Shown here: one piece after another, positions 38,260 to 47,800 of the stretch
Layout of the letters: the number at the start of each line of letters is the position of its first letter
Numbering within the stretch: the stretch's first letter is position 1
From: Patescibacteria group bacterium
Lineage (GTDB): Bacteria; Patescibacteriota; CPR2; UBA1875
DNA: 64,000 nt
Reading direction: 5' to 3'
NCBI GenBank assembly: GCA_028694925.1
Contig: JAQVJW010000002.1
Location: forward strand, 9,797 to 73,796
Position numbers and translations under genes: made by a program
The notes under the pieces: generated by a model
What the model was told of the DNA's origin: nothing
The model's database searches: none
What the model saw: the letters and a program-made list of their open reading frames with translations, nothing else

Positions 38260-39292
38260 AATTTTCTCTAGCATATTTTGCCTGGGAGATAAATACATCT
38301 TTTGCATTACCGAGTGCTCCTAGCTCATAATAGGCGAGGATTGCCAGCTTATATGTATTTACATCTACTGCCCTTAATGAGAGCGGGAATGAATGGTTAG
38401 CATTCAGTATTGCGTTCGCAAGAATTCTAGCAGTCCTTTTGTTACCATCATTAAAAGGCTGGAGGTAACATATATATACGAATGATATTAAGGCCCTTTC
38501 AAAGACATCTTTTTTTGAATTAATAACTTCGCAAAACCTTTCTATCTCCTCATTAATTTGATGCTTGTTATCAAGGGGTCGATATGCACTACCCGTGATG
38601 CCCACTAATCTCTCCCTTATTCCTGAATCAATAAGGTTTTCCGCTAAAATTTTATGAAGCTCTAGTATTAGCGACTTTGAAATCTTCCCCGCGAATAAGT
38701 CCTTGTTTTCTTCCGAAAATTCTAGTGCCTTCTTGTGATTTAAAATCATCTGGGTTTCGTCTTTAGTACGTCCGGGTGCCACAAGCCCTTCTTTTAATAA
38801 GGATTCGGTCTCTAAAAGAGTATAGGTGTTCCCTTCGATTTGGGAAGACTTCCATGAAAGCTCGATTGTGATTCTTTCACGTTCTCTTTTGAGGATATCT
38901 TTAGGAGCGCTCTGATACTTTGATTTGTAGATATTATTGTTTTTAATAAGATTCTTTTTCTCATTATTTGTGAAAAGATTATTTTCCTTTAACAAATCAA
39001 GCCTTTTAAAGTCGTAATTAATTCTTCCACGGTTCTCATTTTCAAAAAATTTCTGGAGTGTATTCTTTGAAAATTTTAACCCCAGGATACCTAATGGAGT
39101 TGGTTTATACTTAACAGCTCTTGCTTTTCCAGACTTTTCAACCAAGCCAAGCATAATAAGTTCATTTAAGTCTCTTTGCAGGGTTCTGGCTGTGAGTGAA
39201 TTAAACTCTGGTAACTCAAGAAAATCAGGTAGATTATCTACCCCAAACATTAACTGACCCATAATATTGTACTGCCTGTTTGATATTTCCAT
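38249..39292 (-). CDS. Fic family protein with N-terminal winged HTH and non-canonical motif
   Basis: QPFNDGNKRTAR and SSQIEG. HTH RTLQRDLNELI..GLV. Confidence 0.9.
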   Translation of the reverse strand: MEISNRQYNIMGQLMFGVDNLPDFLELPEFNSLTARTLQRDLNELIMLGLVEKSGKARAVKYKPTPLGILGLKFSKNTLQKFFENENRGRINYDFKRLDLLKENNLFTNNEKKNLIKNNNIYKSKYQSAPKDILKRERERITIELSWKSSQIEGNTYTLLETESLLKEGLVAPGRTKDETQMILNHKKALEFSEENKDLFAGKISKSLILELHKILAENLIDSGIRERLVGITGSAYRPLDNKHQINEEIERFCEVINSKKDVFERALISFVYICYLQPFNDGNKRTARILANAILNANHSFPLSLRAVDVNTYKLAILAYYELGALGNAKDVFISQAKYARENYAI

Positions 39293-39298
39293 ACTTTA

Positions 39299-39356
39299 AA
39301 TATATAGAGTATTGCGACATTTGTAAAGAGTATTGCGACATTATGTCGCAATACTC
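39299..39356 (-). promoter_or_regulatory. fic promoter with perfect palindromic operator plus extra half-site
   Basis: GAGTATTGCGACA-TTA-TGTCGCAATACTC (39328-39356) and a half-site at 39307 inside minus-strand TTTACA-17-TATATT. Confidence 0.8.
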
Positions 39357-39427
39357 CCAAAAGTTACCAGTAATAACAATTAGTGCTTCATTAATGTTGG
39401 CAAATATATATGGACAATCGAGCAAAT

Positions 39428-39682
39428 CTATCCAATAATCCCCTTTATTTTCTCTAGGATTCCAAACTGAGTCTCAAGTAGATAAACTCCAACCAGAAGG
39501 GTAACAAAGAATCCAATTGTAATTACAGAGCCCCTAAGGTCACGGAAGATATATCTAAGTTGGGGGTTCTCGGTCTCGTGGGCCTTAACCTTGATCTCCC
39601 CTTTTGACTTTGAGGCTACGGCTAGCCTCTCTGGGTCTACGTGGGTAAAGCGATGTTTCTTTGGCTTCTTTTTCATAATCAT
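39428..39682 (-). CDS. Small hypothetical membrane protein
   Basis: Basic N-terminus, YIFRDLR motif and a C-terminal TM. Confidence 0.65.
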   Translation of the reverse strand: MIMKKKPKKHRFTHVDPERLAVASKSKGEIKVKAHETENPQLRYIFRDLRGSVITIGFFVTLLVGVYLLETQFGILEKIKGIIG

Positions 39683-39744
39683 ATTTTACCCTCTCTTGCT
39701 GTTCTTTACAAAAAAACAATATGTTTGATATAATAGTCAGGCAC

Positions 39745-40230
39745 ATGTTGGATACAACTCCTCTTATTGCAGGTGGGATTATAATCACGGTCATCATGGG
39801 GTGGCTTATTTTTTTAACGATTAAGCTCCAGGGTCTTAGGAAAAAGGGCGAAATTATCTTTTCTGATAAGGATCCTGAAAAAATCAGTAAGCTGATTGAA
39901 CGGTACTTTGAGAGTATTAAAGTAGTTGATAAGAATAACAAGAAGCTTGAGCGTACCCTAAAGGAGACCAAAGAGCTCGCCGAGCTTTCTGTTAACAAGG
40001 TAGCCCTGCTTCGCTACAACCCATTTGGAGATGTTGGTAGTGATCAAAGCTTCTCGCTTTGTCTTCTAAATAGTCATGAAGATGGTTTTGTGATATCATC
40101 AATCCACTCAAGAGAAGGTACAAGGGTTTATTCAAAGTCCGTTCAGGGTGGAGTTTCGCGCTACAATCTTTCGCGTGAAGAAGAGAGGGCCATCAGACTC
40201 GCAATAGGTAAAGACAAAAAAGATAAATAA
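39745..40230 (+). CDS. DUF4446 family protein
   Basis: RYNPFGDVGSDQSFS..LL...DGFVISSIHSREGTRVYSK. Confidence 0.88.
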   Translation: MLDTTPLIAGGIIITVIMGWLIFLTIKLQGLRKKGEIIFSDKDPEKISKLIERYFESIKVVDKNNKKLERTLKETKELAELSVNKVALLRYNPFGDVGSDQSFSLCLLNSHEDGFVISSIHSREGTRVYSKSVQGGVSRYNLSREEERAIRLAIGKDKKDK

Positions 40231-40277
40231 TTAACAGGGCCGCAGGTCGGCGTGGGGTATATCCCCGGGAGAGAAAA

Positions 40278-40700
40278 ATGTTTGAAAAGGGTCGGGAAGA
40301 AATCGTAAAATCAGGAAGCTCGGAGACAATTGTTGGGGCTTCAGTCAAACTTAAAGGTAACCTTAAAAGCGATGGTGATGTTTTAATTGAGGGAGTTGTC
40401 ACTGGTGACCTTAAAACAAAAGGTTCGGTTAAGGTCGGGGAGGCCGCGAGTGTGGTGGCGAACGTTAAGGCCGAGAATATCGTTATCGCCGGGAGTGTTC
40501 AGGGGAATATCGAGATAAAAGATAGGCTTGAGATTACATCAACCGGAAGGGTGGTTGGAGACATTGTCACAAACGTCCTCTCAATCGCGCCGGGAGCTGT
40601 GTTTACCGGAAAATGTAGTATGCCAGATAGCCCAAGGGATGAGGTAGTAGAGCCAACGGCTGAAATCGAAGAAACAGAAGAAGAAAAAGAAGAGAAATAA
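40278..40700 (+). CDS. Bactofilin (polymer-forming cytoskeletal protein)
   Basis: TIVG..V.LKGNL.SDGDV.IEG and IAPGAVFTGKCSM. Confidence 0.92.
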   Translation: MFEKGREEIVKSGSSETIVGASVKLKGNLKSDGDVLIEGVVTGDLKTKGSVKVGEAASVVANVKAENIVIAGSVQGNIEIKDRLEITSTGRVVGDIVTNVLSIAPGAVFTGKCSMPDSPRDEVVEPTAEIEETEEEKEEK

Positions 40701-40711
40701 GTCTAAGGTTA

Positions 40712-41587
40712 ATGTACTACTATATCGTAAATCCGGCAGCGGGGGGATCGAAGATTGATAAAATTCAGGATAAGCTCAAATCAAGGCTTCGTGACCTTGG
40801 TATTATGGGAGATTTCGTCAAAAGTACTGGCCCGGAGGATGTGGCAAAGCTCGCTAGGATGGGAGTCGAGAAGGGCTACAAAACAATAGTAGCCGTTGGG
40901 GGCGATGGCACGATAAACGAGGTCTTAAACGAGATAATCGGGAATGAAAAGGTTGTTCTTGGGATTATTCCAACCGGAACCACGAATGACCTGGCCGATG
41001 CGCTTGGAATTAAGGGTTGGTATGCTGCTACAGGAATCCTGGCCTCAAGGAAAGTTGAGGAGATTGATCTTGGGAAGGTGGCCGGCAGGTATTTTGTAAC
41101 CTCGGTCTCGCTTGGGTTTGACGCTGAATTTGCGAGTGTCAGGAGACTCGCGCGTGGTAATGCTTTTGATAAGGCTCGGTTCCAAACAAAACTTCTTTCA
41201 AAATCAGCTTCTTTTAAGCCGATTCATGCCCATATTAAGTTTGATAATAATTACGAGGTCGAGGCGGATTGCTTTAGCATTATTATCTCAAACTCAAAGT
41301 TTTTCCCGGTAAAGATGGTCAAGACGGCCCCTAAGGATAATCTTCTTGATACCGTTGTCATCACCAAAATCCCTGGGTACAAGATGCTTAAATACGGTTA
41401 TCTTTCGGATGCTTCGACAATCGAGCTTCCCAAAATATCAGTATTCCATTCAAAGACAATCGAGATCGAGACTAAAAAGCCAAAAGAAGTAGCAGCTGAT
41501 GGCCAGGTAGTTACTGAAACACCAACAAAGATCAAGATGGCCGATAAAAAATTAAAGGTTATTGTCTCAAGGAAAAGAAAGTTCTAA
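40712..41587 (+). CDS. Diacylglycerol kinase family (YegS/BmrU) lipid kinase
   Basis: IVNPAAG, GGDGTINEV and IPTGTTNDLA. Confidence 0.92.
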   Translation: MYYYIVNPAAGGSKIDKIQDKLKSRLRDLGIMGDFVKSTGPEDVAKLARMGVEKGYKTIVAVGGDGTINEVLNEIIGNEKVVLGIIPTGTTNDLADALGIKGWYAATGILASRKVEEIDLGKVAGRYFVTSVSLGFDAEFASVRRLARGNAFDKARFQTKLLSKSASFKPIHAHIKFDNNYEVEADCFSIIISNSKFFPVKMVKTAPKDNLLDTVVITKIPGYKMLKYGYLSDASTIELPKISVFHSKTIEIETKKPKEVAADGQVVTETPTKIKMADKKLKVIVSRKRKF

Positions 41588-41642
41588 AGAACTTTACATA
41601 AAGGCAAAAATTTGTTAAAATTTCACGAGAGGTAGTCAAAAG

Positions 41643-42149
41643 ATTCAAACGGTAAGGATAAACGAAAATATAAGAGCGCCGAAAGTAAGGCTAATAGACG
41701 AAAACGGAAACCAAGTTGGTGTCGTTAGTCGCAAGGAGGCGCTTTTTGCGGCCGAACAGGCAGGCCTTGACCTTGTTGAGGTATCCTCAGGCGATACTCC
41801 GGTTTGTAAGATTTTAGACTACGGTAAATATAAATACGAGCAAGATAAGAAGAGTCAAAAGTCCAAAAAGGCTCAAAAATCCCAAGAAATGAAGATTATT
41901 AGGCTATCGGTCAAGATCGGTAAACATGATTTTGATACTAAAGCCAAAAAAGCTAAAAAGTTCATCGAAAAGGGACATAAATTATCACTCGAACTTAGAT
42001 TTAAAGGAAGAGAAATGGTCCATAAGGACCTTGGAGAGAAGGTATTAAGAGATTTTGCAACTGAGCTAGGGGACATTCGGGTTGACCAGGAACCAAAACT
42101 AGCGGGCCGCAGCATCTCGATGGTCGTTTCTCCCGGAAAAAAGAGTTAA
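41643..42149 (+). CDS. infC: Translation initiation factor IF-3 (ATT start)
   Basis: Extending the track ORF upstream gives IQTVRINENIRAPKVRLIDENG...LDLVEV...CKILDYGKYKY. ATT follows GAGG. Confidence 0.95.
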   Translation: MQTVRINENIRAPKVRLIDENGNQVGVVSRKEALFAAEQAGLDLVEVSSGDTPVCKILDYGKYKYEQDKKSQKSKKAQKSQEMKIIRLSVKIGKHDFDTKAKKAKKFIEKGHKLSLELRFKGREMVHKDLGEKVLRDFATELGDIRVDQEPKLAGRSISMVVSPGKKS

Positions 42150-42150
42150 G

Positions 42151-42351
42151 ATGAAAAAGATTAAACAAAAAACACACAGTGGAGCAAAAAAGCGTTTTAA
42201 GGTTACCGGAACCGATAAATTACGAAGACGCTCGGCTTTTGGTTCTCATCTGCTTGAGAAGAAAGATAAGGAACAGAAGAGGCGCTACCGAAAAGATCTT
42301 AAAGTAGCTTCAGGGGACAAGAAAAACGTTAAAAAGATGCTTGGAATGTAA
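42151..42351 (+). CDS. rpmI: 50S ribosomal protein bL35
   Basis: KTHSGAKKRFKVTG and HLLEKK, with conserved synteny. Confidence 0.96.
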   Translation: MKKIKQKTHSGAKKRFKVTGTDKLRRRSAFGSHLLEKKDKEQKRRYRKDLKVASGDKKNVKKMLGM

Positions 42352-42373
42352 TAGTTAAAGAAAGAATATTAAG

Positions 42374-42727
42374 ATGCGAGTAAAAACAGGAACAACATCA
42401 AAGCAAAGACATAAAAAACTCCTTAAGGGTACTAAGGGAATGCGCGATATGCGAAGCCGAAGTGTTAGACGCGCTAAAGAGGCAACTCTAAAATCTGGTG
42501 CTAATGCCTACATCGGCCGAAAAAATAAAAAACGTGATTTTAGAAGCCTTTGGAACACCCGGATTAATGCTGCAGCCAGGGAGCATGGGCTTAGTTACTC
42601 TCGATTTATCTCGGGCCTTAAGAAGAATAAGATTGAACTTGATCGAAAAGTACTTGCAGAGATTGCTGCCGAAAAACCAGAAGTCTTCGCTGAGATCGCA
42701 AAAAAGGCTAAAAGTGAAAATAGCTGA
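42374..42727 (+). CDS. rplT: 50S ribosomal protein bL20
   Basis: MRVK.G, KKRDFRSLW.TRINAAAR and LDRKVLAEIA. Confidence 0.97.
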   Translation: MRVKTGTTSKQRHKKLLKGTKGMRDMRSRSVRRAKEATLKSGANAYIGRKNKKRDFRSLWNTRINAAAREHGLSYSRFISGLKKNKIELDRKVLAEIAAEKPEVFAEIAKKAKSENS

Positions 42728-42893
42728 AGTAAAGTGTAAGGACTGTGGGGCAAAATATGAAGTACTTGAGAACTTCCCGAAAGAACTTTTGGTATGTCCT
42801 TCTTGTGAGAGCCGGGATATAGACTTTAAGGTAACCGAGAGAGAATTTGAAGGTTGTGGTGGATCTTGTTCCGATTGTTCGTCTTGTAGCTAA
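42714..42893 (+). CDS. Small Cys-rich zinc-ribbon protein (FmdB-like)
   Basis: GTG start overlaps rplT. CKDC...CPSC...CGGSCSDCSSC. Confidence 0.7.
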   Translation: MKIAEVKCKDCGAKYEVLENFPKELLVCPSCESRDIDFKVTEREFEGCGGSCSDCSSCS

Positions 42894-42920
42894 GGGAATA
42901 TAAAAAGAAAATGTAGATGT

Positions 42921-42950
42921 CAAAAAAGACTTCGGATGAAGTCTTTTTTG
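42921..42950. terminator. Bidirectional terminator
   Basis: CAAAAAAGACTTC-GGAT-GAAGTCTTTTTTG. Confidence 0.85.
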
Positions 42951-42952
42951 AA

Positions 42953-43319
42953 TGCTTAGTTAGCCTATAAGCCGGGTTCTGTCGGGGACATTCATCTATC
43001 TATGCGACAGGACCAACTATACCCGCGTTAGATTACGCTGAAGGACCTTCTTCTAAGAGATTCCCCTAAGAAAAAGCATAACTTCCAGATACAGTGGCCC
43101 ACCTGTCTTGCACCGAATAGGGTTTACCGCTACATATTGTCACCAATATGTACTGTGAGCTCTTACCTCACTCTTTTCACCTTTACCACGCAAGCGTGGC
43201 AGTATTGTCTCTGTGGCACTTTCCCGAGCCTTACGACTGGTTGTGTTTCACAACTATTCTTATCTATGGTGCCCGGACTTTCCTCTGCACGAGGCAGCGA
43301 ATGTCCAGCTAACTAAGCA
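42953..43319 (-). ncRNA. rnpB: RNase P RNA
   Basis: Minus strand GAGGAAAGTCCGGGC near the 5' end and ACAGAACCCGGCTTA near the 3' end. P1 pairing GCTTAGTTAGC/GCTAACTAAGC. Confidence 0.96.
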
Positions 43320-43405
43320 ACCCAATAGTATCATAAATCCCGCTCTTGTCAAGGGTGAAGATTGCCAAAAGAATAAGTTTAGACTAAAATATTGATGGAG
43401 GGAAT

Positions 43406-44332
43406 TTGCAAGAATCAGAAATTAGAAAAGATTACTTTTTGGAAAAATATGTCATTATTGCTCCAAAAAGGCTCAAGAAACCAGAGAAAATTTATCAAAA
43501 ACCAGAGACTAAGGTAGAATCTTGTGTTTTTTGTGCCCCCGATGTCGATGACCCCCAAAAACAAATTCAGGTTAAGGATTATTATCTCGAAGGTGGCAAG
43601 TGGGGGGTTAAGGTAATTGGCAATCTCTTTCCAGCCCTCTCGCTTAATAATATCAAAGCCTACGGTGAGCAGGAGATTGTGATTGAGACAAGAAAGCATG
43701 GGATTGAGATCCACGAGCTTTCGGTTGATGAAATAGTTAAGGTATTTGATGTCTATACGGACCGCTATAATACCTTAATGGAAAAAGACGGGATATGTTA
43801 CACGATAGTTTTTAAGAATGAGGGTGGTAAGGCTGGGGCCTCAATTCCCCATTCACACTCACAGATTATCTCACTTCCAATAATTCCGCCAAAGATTGCC
43901 GAAGAATCAGCCGCAATGGATAAATACATCGATGAACATGGAAGTTGTCCATATTGTGACATTATAAAAAGTGAGAAGGGCGGTCCCCGGGTCATTGCTG
44001 AGGATGAGCATATATTTGTTCTGGCTCCGTATGCCTCTGAGTCTCCTTATGGCGCTTGGTTTTTGCCAAAAAGGCATATTAGAAATATTAATGATCTTCA
44101 TGAAAACGAAAAGAAGTCCTTGGCAAATTTTCTAAAAAAGATCCTAACTAAGCTTGAGGAGATTGATGCCCCTTATAATTACTTTATCCAGAACTCACTA
44201 GATCTTGAGTCACACCACTTTATCTTAAAGCTGGCCCCAAGACCTAATATCTGGGCTGGACTTGAACTTGGAACGGGAATAATTATAAATCCCGTTTCAC
44301 CAGAAGAAGCCACCAAATTTTATCGAGGATAA
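43406..44332 (+). CDS. Galactose-1-phosphate uridylyltransferase-like (GalT/HIT family)
   Basis: CVFC, NLFPAL, FKNEG..AGAS.PHSHSQ and AGLELGTG..INPV.PE. Confidence 0.88.
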   Translation: MQESEIRKDYFLEKYVIIAPKRLKKPEKIYQKPETKVESCVFCAPDVDDPQKQIQVKDYYLEGGKWGVKVIGNLFPALSLNNIKAYGEQEIVIETRKHGIEIHELSVDEIVKVFDVYTDRYNTLMEKDGICYTIVFKNEGGKAGASIPHSHSQIISLPIIPPKIAEESAAMDKYIDEHGSCPYCDIIKSEKGGPRVIAEDEHIFVLAPYASESPYGAWFLPKRHIRNINDLHENEKKSLANFLKKILTKLEEIDAPYNYFIQNSLDLESHHFILKLAPRPNIWAGLELGTGIIINPVSPEEATKFYRG

Positions 44333-44360
44333 CAAAAAGCACCATCTGGTGCTCTTTGTT
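44332..44360. terminator. Bidirectional terminator
   Basis: ACAAAAAGCACCA-TC-TGGTGCTCTTTGT between convergent genes. Confidence 0.6.
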
Positions 44361-44373
44361 ACTTGAACTCTTT

Positions 44374-45039
44374 TTATTTTAAGTTCTTTCGAAGCCTTTC
44401 GATTACGTCTCGTGCTGCATCCTGACCACCGAGTCCAAAGGCAAGGCCACCAGCGATCGCAATAAGGACAACAACCCCAGTAATGAGGGTGTTTATGATC
44501 TCGGTTGCGATACCAAGCTGACTTAGAGCGACAAGAATCGCAAAGACGATAATAGCCCAGCGAGTAATGTCGGCGACTACTGCGGCAGTTTTTGCTCCGA
44601 TTGTTTGGGCCGTTGCTTCAACGGCACGTGAAGCAAGGTCTGCAAGAACGGCACCAACCATCAAGATAACCGCGGCCACAAGAACATGTGGTAAGTATGC
44701 GACAAGTCCCTTAACGATATCATTTACGCCTGCAAGGCCAAGGATATCAAGGGCTGGGATCAAGAAAACTATAATGGTAATCCATTTAACCAAATCGCCA
44801 AGTAGCTCCACTAAGTCTTCTTTTGTCTTGAATACTTTGTTAAGTCCGATTGCTTCTGTGTAAGGCTTAACTTTAATAAATCTCAAAGCCTTAACAACAA
44901 CTGTCTTAAGTGTCCATCCAACGAGAACACCTAATAAAATAACGACTACGGCACCGATCACTTCTGGGACATACCCAGCCACGTCTCTAAGAGACTGTGA
45001 AACGGCATCAGTCGTTAGGTTCCACCAATCTGCTACCAT
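44374..45039 (-). CDS. CmpX / MscS-associated TM-helix repeat protein
   Basis: YVPEVIGA and YLPHVLVAAVIL repeats, ALSQLGI and GLAFGLGGQDAA. Confidence 0.85.
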   Translation of the reverse strand: MVADWWNLTTDAVSQSLRDVAGYVPEVIGAVVVILLGVLVGWTLKTVVVKALRFIKVKPYTEAIGLNKVFKTKEDLVELLGDLVKWITIIVFLIPALDILGLAGVNDIVKGLVAYLPHVLVAAVILMVGAVLADLASRAVEATAQTIGAKTAAVVADITRWAIIVFAILVALSQLGIATEIINTLITGVVVLIAIAGGLAFGLGGQDAARDVIERLRKNLK

Positions 45040-45235
45040 ATTTATTCACCTCCTTTCACATTTGATTAGAGGCTTCAAAAGGCATATTGCCTACCCTCCA
45101 CTCCGAAGGCCCCCACTACAATCATTCTACCAAAATTAGTGGCCCTGTGACAAGGACTATCTTATAAAAAGAAAATTTAGATAATATAACAATGCATCTT
45201 AATACTAAATTTGTAATAGTATTAACGGTGGTAAA

Positions 45236-45508
45236 ATGTTAGTCGAAATATTTACATGGGTAGCAGTTGGGATCATAGCGGGTCTTTTTGTTGGTTTATC
45301 CTATCCCGGACCAAAGAATGTAAAGAACATCATAGGTTCAATAATGGCTGGAGTCTTTGGTGCTTCGGTGGCTGGAGCAATCTATAAGGCGGTAGAAATC
45401 AGTGAAATTACCCTTAACTTTGGTTTCGGTACGGTACTACTGTTTATCTTGGCTGTCCTTATCTTTGGCGTTATAACAACGGCGTCGTCGAAGATAGGGA
45501 ATGATTAA
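45236..45508 (+). CDS. GlsB/YeaQ/YmgE-like small membrane protein
   Basis: WVAVGIIAG...PG...GSIMAGVFGA.VAG. Confidence 0.65.
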   Translation: MLVEIFTWVAVGIIAGLFVGLSYPGPKNVKNIIGSIMAGVFGASVAGAIYKAVEISEITLNFGFGTVLLFILAVLIFGVITTASSKIGND

Positions 45509-45515
45509 GTCTTTA

Positions 45516-46694
45516 CTAGCAGTTCTTGTCTGAGTTCCCAAAGAGCATCAGGCCGAGCTTCATCTCAACGGCATCAGAAAAGTTTCTCGGGTCGAGCCCA
45601 ATTTCCTTTTTAATCTTATCAAGTCGATAGATCAGGGTATTTCTATGGACATGAAGCTTTTTAGCAGCATCGGTTAGGTTCATGTTCGAAGAAAGAAAGA
45701 TTGAAACAGTTCTTTTGAGGTCCTTGTCGGTGAGGATTTCCCCTAATATTTGATGGGCAAGCTCACACCTTCTTTCATAGGATACATTTTGGGAAAAGGA
45801 TGCAAACATTCCCACATCTGTAATATGATAGCTTCGGCTAGGGCCCCAAAGTTTTTCGCCAAGATCTAAAGCGATTTGAGCATCATTGTATGACTTTCTA
45901 AGACCCGAGAGTCCCGGATAATACTGACCAACCCCAACTATTACCGGAAGACCTGTCTCCTTTTCGAAGGTTTTTCTTATATATTCAGCCTTCTCTTTAT
46001 AGAATTTGATTGTATTTGTGGTACTTATGGGTCCTTTAGCCCATTTTAGGACCGCAAAAAGGTCTGGCTCCAGACAAGTTATGATATTTTGATCATAGCC
46101 ACGGAAGGACTCAAGTATTTTTGAACTTAATTTATGGCATTTTTTAGTAACGTGGCTGATGCGGTTATCAAAGGAGCGTTGCATGCCCTCGTCATGCCAA
46201 TGCTTAAAAAGCCCAGGTACTCGAACAAGAATTATAGCTTGGGGGGCCCTCAGGTTGACCCCAATGATATCACCTCGATCAATTGCTTCTTCAAGGTTTT
46301 TTATCTTATCGCTAAGGAGAAGTTCTTTTACAAAATTACTCTTAGGGTCGGCTTGTGATTCGGTTTGTTCTCTTAGGAATAGTTCATACTTAATTTCATT
46401 AAAGAGACCCTCGATTAGACCAATCTCAGCTGTCGGCTTTTCTTTTGCCTTAATCCCAATTACAGCAATTGTCTTTGACTCAAGAATAAGGGGTATCCAA
46501 TACACTTTATTATCCCCAACAATTTTTTGTTTTTGAGCCGCGGTTTTTGCCTTCTCGTAATATTCTTTTTTACCTCCATATTCGATACCAAGCCTGCCGG
46601 TAACCGCAAAGATATTAGGGATTGCTCCTTCTTTAAGGTATTTAAGAAGGATCTGCTTGACGTCCTTTTCCTTGATAAACTCTTTTTTAGCCAT
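45516..46694 (-). CDS. CdaR/PucR family transcriptional regulator
   Basis: VGVG...GLRKSY.DA..AL and NLTDAAKKLHVHRNTLIYRLDKI. Confidence 0.9.
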   Translation of the reverse strand: MAKKEFIKEKDVKQILLKYLKEGAIPNIFAVTGRLGIEYGGKKEYYEKAKTAAQKQKIVGDNKVYWIPLILESKTIAVIGIKAKEKPTAEIGLIEGLFNEIKYELFLREQTESQADPKSNFVKELLLSDKIKNLEEAIDRGDIIGVNLRAPQAIILVRVPGLFKHWHDEGMQRSFDNRISHVTKKCHKLSSKILESFRGYDQNIITCLEPDLFAVLKWAKGPISTTNTIKFYKEKAEYIRKTFEKETGLPVIVGVGQYYPGLSGLRKSYNDAQIALDLGEKLWGPSRSYHITDVGMFASFSQNVSYERRCELAHQILGEILTDKDLKRTVSIFLSSNMNLTDAAKKLHVHRNTLIYRLDKIKKEIGLDPRNFSDAVEMKLGLMLFGNSDKNC

Positions 46695-47799
46695 TGTACC
46701 TCGCAAGCATCAAAGACATCTTTAGTTGAAATGCATCCTCAAATATTTTGGGGTCAAGATCAGTTACCTCTGCAATTTTTTCAATCCGATATACTAGGGT
46801 GTTCCGATGAATTTTTAATTTTGTCGCGGTCCTTGAGAGAGACAAATCATTATCAAGGTACTCTTTTAGGGTCTGAAAGAGTTCAGGATGTTCTTCGAGC
46901 GATTTTATTACCTTTTTTGAGAAAGTAATATTTTCATTACTCGAGCCGCTAAAAAGAGGAGCGACAACTCCAAAATTATCAAAATGAAACATTTTGCCCT
47001 CTCCCCACATCTGTTTTCCGAGCTTGAGGGCTGTTTTAGCCTCTTTAAAACTCTCCCTTAGGCCGTTAGTTCCTGATTTAAAGTTTCCAACTCCAATAGT
47101 CACACTAACCATTAGCTCACTTTTTAAATTAAAGTGAAGGGCTTCGAGAATCTCCACAAACTCCTTCTGATATTCTTTGGGTTTGTCTCCCATATCCTTA
47201 AGAATCAAAAAGTTATTACCACCAAAGTAAAAGACAAGATTGTTTGGGTGGCTTCGGTAAAATGACCCAAGAAGGTCTTCGATACTTCTTTTAGCCCTGG
47301 CTACCCTTGCCTCTCTTTCTCCCTCTTTGACCCCTTCTGAGTTTAAGAGAAGATAGTCAGAATCAGAAATCTCAAGAATAATTGCAACCCGGTTATTATC
47401 TAAATTTATACCAAAAGAACGAAGTATCCTTGCTATTTCAATTTCGTCCTTTTCGTCACCCTGGAAAAATTCATATGCTAGTTGGTCTATTCTTTTCTCG
47501 TCACTGGTTAGAATCTCTGTATAGCGAACTTGCTGAGCGATAAGCTCAGCCATTGATTTTGCAATTGGGCCAATCTTATCGACAATATCTACCTTTTCGT
47601 CGATATATAGATAACCGAGTTTCTTTTTATCGAGGTGAATTGGGAAGGACTTTTTCCCACCAACATCTAGATGAGAGTGTTCAATCGAGAACTTTTTACT
47701 GCTTCCCAGTACTTCGCCGCAGTCATCAAGAACGGCATATTTCTTATCAGAAAACTTCTTTAAGTCATCAACTATTTTTTCAGCTAACAAAACATCCAT
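46687..47799 (-). CDS. CdaR/PucR family transcriptional regulator
   Basis: LAEKIV sensor-like start, IGVG...LRESFKEAK.AL and TATKLKIHRNTLVYRIEKI. Confidence 0.9.
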   Translation of the reverse strand: MDVLLAEKIVDDLKKFSDKKYAVLDDCGEVLGSSKKFSIEHSHLDVGGKKSFPIHLDKKKLGYLYIDEKVDIVDKIGPIAKSMAELIAQQVRYTEILTSDEKRIDQLAYEFFQGDEKDEIEIARILRSFGINLDNNRVAIILEISDSDYLLLNSEGVKEGEREARVARAKRSIEDLLGSFYRSHPNNLVFYFGGNNFLILKDMGDKPKEYQKEFVEILEALHFNLKSELMVSVTIGVGNFKSGTNGLRESFKEAKTALKLGKQMWGEGKMFHFDNFGVVAPLFSGSSNENITFSKKVIKSLEEHPELFQTLKEYLDNDLSLSRTATKLKIHRNTLVYRIEKIAEVTDLDPKIFEDAFQLKMSLMLARYNG

Positions 47800-47800
47800 A

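Noticed and set aside
42498-42713. N-terminal extension of the Cys-rich ORF
   Set aside because: It lies in an alternate frame within rplT. The GTG at 42714 is more plausible.
43213-43395. 60-aa ORF
   Set aside because: It overlaps the RNase P RNA gene.
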